From: Chiloscyllium plagiosum
Taxonomy: Eukaryota
Assembly: GCF_004010195.1 (NCBI RefSeq)
Contig: NC_057719.1
Location: 12,676,971-12,696,970, forward strand
Direction of reading: 5' to 3'
Length of the DNA: 20,000 nucleotides
In this document: positions 10,030 through 19,721 of the stretch, piece after piece
Layout: each line of letters starts with the position of its first letter
Position numbering within the stretch: position 1 is the first letter of the stretch
The notes under the pieces: generated by a model
What the model saw: only the letters and a program-made list of their open reading frames with translations
Told to the model about the DNA's origin: nothing
The model's database searches: none
Made by a program: the position numbers and the translations under genes

Positions 10030-10955
10030 TAATAAAGCATTCCAACACACAGCATTACAAAACAAAATATGACACTGGGCCATGTAAGGATATATTGGAT
10101 CAGAAGATAGAATGCTTGATGAAAGAGGCAGCTTTTAATGAGTTTCTTAAAGGAGGATAGTGAAGTAGAGCAGTGAAGAAGTTAGAAAGGGAATTCTAAA
10201 TCCTGGGATTGGGTCTTAGACATTTTGCAGCATTACCATCAATCCAAATTAGAGGTGCTGAAAAGGTCAGAATTGCATAGCACAGAGATTTTGACTGGTT
10301 GTGGAGAAAATTACAGAGATTGGATGGGGCAAGTCCATGGAGAAATTAGAAATGAGGATGGGAATTTTAAAATTAATCCATTGCTTGACCAAGAGCAAAC
10401 ACAGGGGTGATAGGTGAATGTATCTTGCTATGAATGAAAGCACTGGCAACAGAGATGTGGACAATCTAAAGTTATTGGAGGATATAATATGGGAGGCTAG
10501 GCAGGGGTCCATTGTGACCCCAATCAAGTCTAGTCTTAACAAAACATGAATGAGTGCTTCAACGGCAATTAACATGAGATCAGGACAAAGTTGGATGACT
10601 TTGAAAGTTGAAATAGGCAGACTTAGTGATGGTGCAAACATATGGTTCAAAGTTCATCTCAGGAATAAGTATAACTTCAAAATTTCAAACCGACTATTGC
10701 CAAAGAGAGGGATGAAGTCATCAGCAAGGGAACAGATTTGAAGCCAGGTCCAAAAATAGTGACTAATATTTAGGGGAGGAAATTTCTGCTCATCCTTTGC
10801 TGGATGATTGGATATTATTTATCAGCAGTGGAGGAGATGAGAGACATCGTGGTGAAGTATGATGAGTGTAGTGAGTGTACATGTGAAAATTAATATTGTG
10901 TTTTCAGATAATATCCTCAAATAACAACATGTAGATGAGAAATAAGAGAGATCTC
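10030..10955 (-). mobile_element. L2-clade LINE fragment (RT core to 3' end), decayed
   Basis: The minus strand encodes LLFLIYM (~10930-10950) and a degenerate FHMY(ADD) (~10870-10890). ORF 10267-10650 includes VEALIHVLLRLDL and QWINFKIPILISNFSMDLPHP, both L2-like. Confidence 0.75.
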
Positions 10956-10964
10956 CTTTTCAGG

Positions 10965-11640
10965 AGTTCCCCATCCCTTGATTCCATGTGAGATCAAAAA
11001 TCTCTACTTTTTTTTTAAATTCATTCATGGGATAAAGGTGTCGCTGGCAAGGCAACATTTATTGCCCCAAGGGCAGTCAAGAGTCACCCATATTGCTGTG
11101 GTTCTAGAGTCACATGTAGGCCAGATCAGTTAAGGATGGCAGTTTCCTTCCCTAAAGGACATTTGCAAACCAGATGGTTTTTTCTGACAAGCAGTGGATT
11201 CATGGTCATCATTAGATTCTTAATTTCAGATATTTTATTGAGTTCAAATCCCGCCATAGCAGGTGGTCGAATTCGAATCCAGATCCCCAGAACTTTATCT
11301 GGGTCTCTGGATAAACAGTCCAGCAATACATCACTAGGCCAATGCCTCCCCCCTATCGATTCCAGCCTTTAATATATTCATAATGACTTACTGGATAGAA
11401 CATTGTAAACATTTACAACCCTCTGAGTGGAAAGGTTTCTCTTCATGTCAGTCCTAAATCTTTGCCCATTATATTTGCTAACCTGAGGAGACAACCTCTC
11501 AGTGCCTACCTTATCAAGCCCATGTGAATACTTTATGTTTCAAATAGATCACCCTTTATTCTTCTAAACTCCAGAATATATAGGGCCAATTTAGTAAATC
11601 TGTCAAAGTACAACCCTCTTACCTCAAGAAATGATCTTCA
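10965..11640 (-). mobile_element. CR1 LINE 3' fragment, split by a tRNA-SINE at 11008-11352
   Basis: CCCTTGATTCC..AAAAATCTC continues after the SINE as TATCGATTCCAGCCTTTAATATATTC. TTTATGTTTCAAATAGATCACCCTTTATTCTTCTAAACTCCAG is the reverse of LEFRRIKGDLFET*. Confidence 0.75.
11008..11352 (-). mobile_element. Near full-length tRNA-derived SINE (non-HE1) with a CR1/L2-group tail and poly(A)
   Basis: Minus strand: GGGGAGGCATTGGCCTAGTG (A-box-like), GGATTCGAATTC (B-box-like), body, tail GGCAATAAATGTTGCCTTGCCAGCGACACC..ATCCCATGAATGAATTT, then poly(A). Confidence 0.85.
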
Positions 11641-11744
11641 TCTTGGATTGTTTACTCAGGGACATATTATGGTGAAAGTTTAATTTGCTGTTACCAAATG
11701 AAAAATGTTGCAAATGTAAGCAGTCTGCTGTTTGGACAGTACCC

Positions 11745-13074
11745 CTATCAAAAAAGATGGTTATTGTTGTTGAGTGTCAATTATCTCAGACCCAGGACAT
11801 CCCCACAGGAGTTCTTCTGCGTAGTATCCTAGGTCCAGCAATTTTCAAATACTTAATTTGTTACCTTCCTTCCATCATAAGGCCAGATGTCAGGATGTTT
11901 TGCTTATGATTGCATAATGTCCAGTACCGCTCAACTCCTCAGATACTGATTAGATTCCTTGATTAGATTAGATTCCGTATAGTGTGGAAACAGACCCTTC
12001 GGCCCAACAAGTCCACACCGACTCTCCGAAGAGTAACCCACCCAGACCTATTCCCTCTGACTAACGTACCGAATACTATGGACAATTTAGCATGGCCAAT
12101 TCACCTGACCTGCACATCTTTGGACTGTGGGAGGAAACCGGAGCACCCGGAGGAAACCCACGCAGACACAGAGAGAATGTACAAACTCTACATAAACAGT
12201 TGCCCGAGGCTGGAATCAAACCTGGGACCCTGGTGCTGTGAGACAGCAGTGCTAACCACTGAGCCACCGTGGAGCAGACAGTGACCATAGTAGCACGACC
12301 TGGACAATATTCAGGCTTCAGCTGATGGGTGGCAAGTAAGTTTGCCACACAAGTCCTAGGCAATGACCATCTCCAACAAGGCAGAAATTAAACCATCTCC
12401 CCTGCATGTTGAATGTCATTACAATTGCTGAAACCCCCATTCACAACATCCTGAAGAGTTCCATTGACCAGAAACTGAACTGGACCGATCTTATAAATAC
12501 TGTGGCTACAAAAGCAGGTCAGAGACTAGGAATTTTGTGGCAAGTCACTTATCTCTTGCCTCCTTAGTGCCTGTGTGTTACCTACAAGGCACAAGTCAAG
12601 AACGTGCTGGAATACTCCACTTGCTTGGATAAGTGCAGCTCCAACAATATTCAAGAAACTGGACAAAGCAGTCTACTTGATTGCCACTGATTTGACCACG
12701 TTCAACATCCATCATTCCCTTCCACACTGGTGCAGTCGCAGCAGTATGTACCATGTGCAAGACGCACTCTGTTGCCTGATCAAGGCTCCTCTGACAGCAC
12801 CCAAACCTGTGACCTCTACCACCCATGGAGGAAGAGGCAATAGATGTATGGGAAAATCACTATCTTGCAATTCTCCTTTCAAGCCATAAGTATTCCTGAC
12901 TTGCACTAGATCATTGTTCCTTCACAGTCATTGGGTCAAAATCAATTTTCCCTAAACACCAAAGACTGCAGTAGTTCAAGAAGGCAAGCTCACTAGTGCC
13001 TTCTCCATGGAATTAGACAATAAATGTTAATCTAGCCAGCTACACCCATACTACCTAAACAAAAAGAAAAAAAA
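11745..13074 (+). mobile_element. CR1/L2-group LINE, 5'-truncated (RT core to A-rich tail), split by an HE1 SINE
   Basis: ORF 11685-11909 KKMVIVVECQLSQTQDIPTGVLLRSILGPAIF..LPSIIRPDVRMF (cf. GVPQGSVLGP..INDLP..MFADD); ORF 12575-12889 PLAWISAAPTIFKKLDKA; A-rich 3' end at ~13057-13074. Confidence 0.88.
11950..12271 (-). mobile_element. HE1-type tRNA-derived V-SINE (best-preserved copy)
   Basis: A box TGGCTCAGTGG, B box GGTTTGATTCC, V-domain CTGCGTGGGTTTCCTCCGGGTGCTCCGGTTTCCTCCCACAGTCCAAAGATGTGCAGG, tail GGGCCGAAGGGTCTGTTTCCACACT..(AATCT)n. Confidence 0.93.
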
Positions 13075-13924
13075 TTGCAATCCTACCTTTAGTTTTTTTT
13101 TTAAATAGTAGAAATCTTTGTTATTTAGAGTTTAAATAAATCTTACTAGAGAGGAGTCATCCATGAAACCACAGTTTTGCATAACTGATCACTAGCCATT
13201 ACTAATAGTAAATGGCATTTCAACATCTCTCTGAATTGTAATATGGGTGGAGTTGTCCCTTAAGATCTGAACAAAAGAAAATGAGATTGGCATGCAATTA
13301 CATTTCTGAATAATCCTGTATGCTCCAAAATCATTTTACTTTTATATTAGGTAAAAAAAATTACTTGTGCAGCTTAAATTGCAAATGCAAAATGGCCTGA
13401 TACAAAAGGGCTGTTTGTGAATGTATCTCTTGGGAATGCAGTTTCTTCCTCTCTATCTATTAAAAAATGGATGTGAAATTGTAACCTGGTGCTCATTGGA
13501 ACTCCTGCCATGAATGGTTCCTGAGGCAGCGGAGGGGTGATGAAGAAATGTCATAATTGTACCGATGTGGACATATTATACTACTTGAAATCCATAGACT
13601 TCGAATTATATTTCTTCTCTTTTTATTTTACATCATAAGAGAAGAAAAAGATCAAATACAATTATTAGCCCTTTCAAGCTTGTTTCTTCCACAGTTTATA
13701 TGCTGTCTACTCTTCCATGAATTATATCCCACTTATCTAATTACCCAAGGGAAACTTGGAGAATTTCTACGAAAGCTCCAAAGATAACAAAGGAAACCTC
13801 TACAATATCTATCCTGAGAATGTATCTAACACTGAGGAAAAATGTAACATAATATTTTTCTCCCTTTGACACTTAATGGGATTACCATTGGTAATTCCCC
13901 ACAATCAATACTCTTTGAGAAACC

Positions 13925-14056
13925 GGACTAGGTCAGGCATATAAATACTGTGGCTACAAGAGCAGAAAACCCTGGAGTTCATAGAATTTACTGTACAAGA
14001 GGCTATTCGACCCATCGTGTCTATACTGTCTCCCGAAAGAGCTCTTGCCTGTAATC
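13925..14056. mobile_element. Two tiny retroelement remnants: a + strand piece of the CR1/L2-group family (13925-13967) and a - strand CR1-type tail (13979-14056)
   Basis: ATAAATACTGTGGCTACAAGAGCAG matches 12493-12517 and ~3435-3460; CATAGAATTTACTGTACAAGAGGCTATTCGACCCATC resembles a reversed LINE tail. Confidence 0.55.
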
Positions 14057-14238
14057 TGTCTTCTCATTGTTTGAGTTCTGACCTGTGACAAATCTGAGAC
14101 ATTTGTAGGTAGAGTAAATTTAGAGCTAAATCCAAAATTTATAGAAAACATTGCAACATTTGTATTACAATTCCCACAACTCTTTATCCAGGTGTCTGCT
14201 ATTTTTCTCTCAGTCTTTTACAAACATTGTATTTCTGA

Positions 14239-15216
14239 CCATAAGGATCAGTGCTAGATCCGCTGCTTTTCATCATTTATAAGTGAGTTGAATGTGAACA
14301 TAGGATGGATGGTTAGTAAGTTTGCAGATGACACCAAATTGGTGGTGTAGTGGACCGTGAAGAAGGTTTCCTCCAAATACAACAGGATCTTGATCAGATG
14401 AGTTGAGGAGTGGCAGATGGAGTTTAATTGAGATAAATGTGAAGTGCTGTTTGGAAAGTTAAATCAGGGCAGGACTTATAACTTAGTGGTAAGGTCCTGG
14501 AGAGTGTCCTGAAAGAGACCTTTGAGTGCAGTTTCAAAGTTCCTTATAAGTGAAGTTGCAGGTAGATAGGATAGTGAAGGCAGCATTTGGTATGCTTGCC
14601 TTTATTGGTCAGTGCGTTGAGTTTAGGAGTTGGGCGGTCATGTTGCAGCTGCACAGGACATTGGTTAGGCCACTTTTAGAATATTGCAAGCAGTTCTGGT
14701 CTCCCTGCTACAGGAAGAATGTTGTGAAAGTTGAAAGGGTTCAGATAAGATTAACAAGGATGTTGCCAGAGTTGGAGGGTTTGAGCTATTGGGAGAGATT
14801 GAATAGTCTGGGGCTATTTTCCCTGGAGTGGAGGCTGAGGGGTAACCTTATCGAAGTTTACAAAATCATGAGAGGCATGGATAGGGTGAATAGCCATGGT
14901 CTATTCCCTGGGGTGGGGGAGGCCAAAATTAGAGAGTATAAGTTTAAGATGAGAGGAGAAAGATTTAAATGGGACCAGAGGGGCAATCTCTTCACACAGA
15001 GCGTGGTGCAAGTATGAAACGAGCTGCCAGAGGAAGTGATGGAGGCTGGTACATAACAATATTTAAAAGGAATCTGGGTAGGTATACGAAAAGGAAGGGT
15101 TTAGAGGGATATGGGCCAAATGCTGGCAAATGGAACTGGATTAATTCAGGATATCTGGTTGACGTGGATGAGTTGGACTGAAGGGTCTGTTTCCATGCTG
15201 CACAACTCTATGACTC
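14239..15216 (+). mobile_element. HER1-like CR1 LINE, 5'-truncated (RT core to 3' tail)
   Basis: GSVLDPLLFIIY, SKFADDTK, LQIQQDLDQM, WQMEFN. ORF 14550-15017 (LVRPLLEYCKQFWSP..ERVQIRLTRMLPELEGLSYWERLNSLGLFSLEWRLRGNLIEVYKIMRG) is CR1 ORF2. Tail AAGGGTCTGTTTCCATGCTG..CTCTATGACTC. Confidence 0.93.
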
Positions 15217-16036
15217 ATTTACCCAAGGCTGACATTATTCTGCTGGTACTACACTACTAACCTTGACTGTCTGTATGTCCAGTTTTATCTATTCTACGTA
15301 CATCTGTGGTTCTCACTAACTTTGCTATCATTAAACTTTTAACCCTTAACTGCTTAACCTTTCAGCTCCTTTATGGCCCTTGGTCTGGCCACGTATTGAG
15401 CTTAGAGTTGTGGAGTACTTAGTTATACCATATATAAAGATTGGCTCAACACAATAGACCCCTACTCCATACTTTATGACCCCACATTCTTCAACTCCCC
15501 TCTTGACATCTCTTGTGTGTTCTTCTGATGCTGTGAACCAAGTAGGCTAGGTATACGGTTGGTACATTTGCTAACACCGTCTCACCACTCAGCAAGTGTG
15601 AAGAAAGGGAAGGTGGCTTTAAATAAAGGGGATGGAGCGGAAGAAGAGGCTGTAGGTGGGGAATGGAGGGACAAGGAGATTGCAAAAGAGGTTTGAGAAA
15701 GAGGGAAGTTGCAAGGGGGAGAGAAGCTGCAAAAGATAGAGAATAGTTTTAAACCGGTCATAACATCAAAACTCAGCTAAATAGTATTGAAGAAAACTTC
15801 AAATCACTGAGATAATGAGTTCATGCAAATTAATATGGACTGTCTAACTTGACTGCGTATGTTCAGAAACTGCTATGTGTGAAAAATGTGGTAGATCTTT
15901 CTGTAATGAACATGATTAACTATTAAACTTAACTCTGATTCTAAGATCCAAGATACAGTAAATAGGGGTGTAACTACCTGGTTACAATGTTTCATTTGTG
16001 CATAAGTGCTGGAAACACATTAGCTGTGACCTCACA

Positions 16037-17138
16037 CTCTATATTGAGGGTATTTGAACTTAGAAGTGTGTGTGTGTGTCTCCATACTGAGGGTATTTGA
16101 AGTTAGAAGTGTGTGTGTGTGTGTGTCTCTATATTGAGGGTATTTGAACTTAGAAGCGTGTGTGTGTGTCTCCATACTGAGGGTATTTGAAGTTAGAAGT
16201 GTGTGTGTGTGTGTCTCTATATTGAGGGTATTTGAACTTAGAAGTGTGTGTGTGTCTCTATATTGAGGTTATTTCAACTTAGAAGCGTGTGTGTGCGACT
16301 ATATTGAGGGTATTTGAACTTAGAGAGACACACACACACACTTCTAAGTTCAAATACCCTCAATATAGAGACACACACACTTCTAAGTTCAAATACCCTC
16401 AATATAGAGAGACACACACACACACTTCTATATTGAGGGTATTTGAACTTAGAAGTGTGTGTGTGTGTCTCCATACTGAGGGTATTTGAAGTTAGAAGTG
16501 TGTGTGTCTCTATATTGAGGGTATTTGAACTTAGAAGTGTGTGTGTCTCTATACTGAGGGAGGGTATTTGAACTTAGAAGTGTGTGTGTGTGTCTCTATA
16601 TTGAGGGTATTTCAACTTAGAAGTGTGTGTGTGTGTCTCTATATTGAGGGTATTTCAACTTAGAAGTGTGTGTGTGTGTCTCTATATTGAGGGTATTTCA
16701 ACTTAGAAGTGTGTGTGTGTGTCTCTATATTGAGGGTATTTCAACTTAGAAGTGTGTGTGTGTGTCTCTATATTGAGGGTATTTCAACTTAGAAGTGTGT
16801 GTGTGTGTCTCTATATTGAGGGTATTTCAACTTAGAAGTGTGTGTGTGTGTCTCTATATTGAGGGTATTTCAACTTAGAAGTGTGTGTGTGTGTCTCTAT
16901 ATTGAGGGTATTTCAACTTAGAAGTGTGTGTGTGTGTCTCTATATTGAGGGTATTTCAACTTAGAAGTGTGTGTGTGTGTCTCTATATTGAGGGTATTTC
17001 AACTTAGAAGTGTGTGTGTGTGTCTCCATACTGAGGGTATTTGAAGTTAGAAGTGTGTGTGTGTGTGTCTCTATATTGAGGGTATTTGAACTTATCTCTC
17101 TCTATACTGAGGGTATTTGAACTTAGAAGTCTGTATGT
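16037..17138. repeat. Compound minisatellite: 26 copies of a 29-bp core (CTCTATATTGAGGGTATTTSAACTTAGAA), most followed by (GT)5-9; period ~39-47 bp; internal inversion at 16321-16430
   Basis: Directly visible and counted by hand. Two full cores lie in reverse orientation. Confidence 0.98.
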
Positions 17139-17194
17139 ATCAGGTATTTCATTAAAAAATATGTTTACTATCTTCTGAAATGGCTGTCAAACCA

Positions 17195-17264
17195 CGTTCA
17201 AAGACAGTAAGGATTAGCCAACAATTGCTGGCCCTACCAGTAACATCCACATCCCATAATAAAA
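17195..17264 (+). mobile_element. Isolated LINE/SINE 3' tail remnant
   Basis: ACAATTGCTGGCCCTACCAGTAACATCCACATCCCAT resembles the tail at 6740-6780, 13015-13050 and (reversed) 11020-11068. Confidence 0.55.
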
Positions 17265-17315
17265 GACTTGGTAGCAACTGTGGAAGGAGAATCAGAGTTA
17301 ACATATCCAGGTCAA
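17265..17315 (-). mobile_element. Penelope-type terminal remnant
   Basis: GGTAGCAACTGTGGAAGGAGAATCAGAGTTAACATATCCAGGTC resembles the reverse complement of 8215-8252 and 19608-19648. Confidence 0.5.
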
Positions 17316-17409
17316 TTAATTAATCTGTTTAACCCAACATTGTTGATGGCACAAGGTTAGCTTATAGAATACAGACAAACAACACATCGAATGCCACATC
17401 AAAAAGGTA

Positions 17410-17675
17410 CTCTCTTCCATCAGGCAGAAGGTAAAGGTTTGAAAACATACCATCAGACTCAAGAACAGCTTCTTCCCCATTGTTATCAGACTTATGAACA
17501 AAGCTCTCATAATTAGAGTTCTTTCTCTGCATCTTCACTGCAGCTGTAATGCTATATTCTGCTTTCTATTCTGCTGCCCTGATGTATGGTATGATTTATC
17601 TAATTAGCACACAAAACAACAGTTTTCACTGTCTCTCATGTACATGTGACAATAATAAATCAAGTCAAAATCAAT
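17410..17675 (+). mobile_element. Rex1/Babar-clade LINE 3' end
   Basis: LPSGRR...IRLKNSFFPIVIRLMN, the typical Rex-Babar ORF end, followed by the tail CATGTGACAATAATAAATCAAGTCAAAATCAA. Confidence 0.8.
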
Positions 17676-17734
17676 ACATTCCTGTGTCAAGTGAATCAAT
17701 TTCAACATTCTTGCCTCATATACAAACACACTTC

Positions 17735-17998
17735 ACTCTCTCCATTCTCAACAACCTTCTCCAATTATCCAATTCTTGCCTCTTACAAGAATGTTCCCTT
17801 TCTTCCTCATCACTATCGGTGCCTGGTATGAACATGTGGAACATTCTTCTGAAGTGCTTTTGGATTCAACGGGCCACCACTTCAAAATTGAACACACCTG
17901 CAGTCACTTCTCTGTGGTCAATGTCCTCTGAAATCCTAATAAAGCTCCTTGGAATGTTTGTCACGTAGACAATGCTATTAAGTGTAAATTGTTTTCTT
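17735..17998 (+). mobile_element. Old L2-type 3' end
   Basis: TCCAATTCTTGCCTCTT and the terminal TAAAGCTCCTTGGAATGTTTGTCACGTAGACAATGCTATTAAGTGTAAATTG resemble the L2 tail (AAAGCGCCTTGGGA..AAGGCGCTATATAAATGCAAG). Confidence 0.5.
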
Positions 17999-19244
17999 TT
18001 TTTTAAGAAAAAAATTCAATACACCCATTAAATCAATTCTTGTTGGAAACCAAACCACCTAAATCATGGTAATCTAATGAAAAAGAAACTGTGCACCAGC
18101 TGACTCTTTATATACTCAATGTTCTTTTAACCTACCAAATCCCTATCCAACATGCTCAAGATGTATAAATCACAAAATACTAAATTTAAATTTGATAAAC
18201 AATTCACATCTGCATTAAAGTTGTACATTTAACAATTACCCCCAAAAAGTTGGGTGGTGGTGGAGTGGTTTGGGGAGTATTAACTGGCAATAAAAGAATG
18301 GATAAGCTGAAGTATTTCGGGTTATAAACATGTGACAGACCTGAAATTGGGAAAACCTGCCTCCTGGAAAGAACAGCGCAGTTTTGCAAGATTTTCATCA
18401 AGAATAATTTCTGTAATATGATAATTACTTCACCAGCTTAGTAATTACAGGTCATCTTCATTTGTTTCCTATCAGTTAATTCTGATAGCTTAATTCCTTT
18501 TAGGGAAATTGGTGGCCAGCCGCCACTGATTATTTTGTTAAGTGTTATTTGAATAGACAGGACAGAGAGTTATTAATCAGCCCATTTCCAATTAGCATCA
18601 TGTTTAACCCAGTGATAGACACCCCAAGGTGAAGTATTCATAATACCTTTTAGATTGCTATTAGTCAATTTAGCTCCTCTCAACTAAATCATAATTAAAT
18701 ATCTTATTTCTTAACGCACTCACCAGTCCCAAAGCCTTTGTCCTTTTAAAAGCTGCTCAGATGTTAATTTGAAGATAAGACAAAAATAGTTGCTGGGAAA
18801 TGAAAGTGTATTCTAGTGTTATTAGTGTGAAAACGTTAGCATGAAGTAAGAGTTAAGATCTATAAAATAAAAGATAGCACACTTAAAATATTGGATAATA
18901 CACTTCCGGTGTGTGTGCTGTGTATTTTGAAAACGGCAGGCGGTGTATGAGGAAAATATACTTGTGAATTGTTTCCAAAACAACATTAGTGCCATAGAAT
19001 CTTGCGTATGATTTGCATCAAAATTTAAATAATTGTCCATTACATTTTTAGTTTTGAAAATATATTCTACATTACATTAGTGTTTACGATTGTAGTTATT
19101 GAATGTATTGAATAGTGTATTACAGTTGAAAATATATTAGAAATAGTGTAACATTTTAGATCTTCTCTGAAATGGAGACAGCAGCGTTCATCTTGATTAG
19201 CTTGCAATGGACTTTATGTATAGAAGAAGCCAAGATAGTAATGT

Positions 19245-19455
19245 CTTTCTCTCATTCTACTCACTCTGTCTCTTTTTCTCTTTGTTCTTTTTCTCCTAAC
19301 CTGTATGACTGATTTCTCTCTTCCCTCTGATTTCCTGCCTTCCTATCATCTCTCTGTCTTATGTATTTTCCCCATTTTCCTCTTCTCTCTGTCTCACATA
19401 TTTGCCTCTCCTCTCTTTGAATCCTTTTTTCTCTCTTCACATTCTCCCTTTCATT
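19245..19455. repeat. Pyrimidine-rich (CT) low-complexity tract
   Basis: Visible C/T bias on the + strand; explains the S/F/L-rich ORF 19305-19553. Confidence 0.7.
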
Positions 19456-19585
19456 CAGTTGCCCATGATTACTTTCAAAATAACATTATTGCAATGCATT
19501 TAGAATTGATGTGTGATTGTGATGATCCAGCCTTTGTAATGACAATCTCTTGAAACATGGTAGTGCAACCAATTTTGTGAATTTT

Positions 19586-19680
19586 ACATTCTAATGAAAG
19601 GCTACCAACCTGAAACATTAACTCTGTTCCTCTTCACAGATGTTGCCTGAGCTGTTGAATATTTCTAGCATTTTAGCATT
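19586..19680 (+). mobile_element. Penelope-derived terminal fragment with a degenerate hammerhead motif
   Basis: CATTCTAATGAAAGGCTACCAACCTGAAACATTAACTCTG..CACAGATGTTGCCTGAGCTGTTGA; similar to 8193-8290. Confidence 0.65.
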
Positions 19681-19721
19681 TTTATATTAATTATTATTGT
19701 GGATTTCATGAAAGTCCTTAG

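Noticed and set aside
12205..12271. tRNA gene
   Set aside because: The A/B boxes belong to the SINE head, which runs directly into the V-domain; no complete cloverleaf is evident.
11982..12363. ORFs with DCGRKPEHPEETHADT / MAQWLALL peptides (also 9453-9808 and 2966-3166)
   Set aside because: Spurious translations of HE1 V-SINE sequence.
1773..14260. Several CR1 fragments appear to begin at the PQGSVLGP motif (1773, ~2780, 14239), suggesting a truncation hotspot
   Set aside because: This is the most recognisable RT motif, so by-eye boundaries are biased toward it; it needs consensus alignment before any claim.
14550..15017. Longest ORF (155 aa) as a host gene
   Set aside because: It is the C-terminal part of CR1 ORF2 inside a truncated, frameshifted LINE copy, and it starts at GTG.
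15600..15745. G-quadruplex or promoter in the purine-rich tract
   Set aside because: G-runs are too dispersed for a canonical G4 and there is no CpG island; treated as low-complexity sequence.
16274..16489. Overlapping repetitive ORFs on both strands (THTHTSKFKYPQY / SILRVFELRSVCV)
   Set aside because: Translation by-products of the minisatellite and its inversion.
16037..17138. CRISPR array (29-bp repeat separated by spacers)
   Set aside because: The spacers are only (GT)n of 10-18 nt rather than unique sequences; there are no cas genes or leader, and the context is vertebrate.
17549..17968. 139-aa ORF as a coding gene
   Set aside because: Spans a Rex/Babar 3' UTR and an L2-like remnant, is Ser/Leu-rich and has no recognisable domain.
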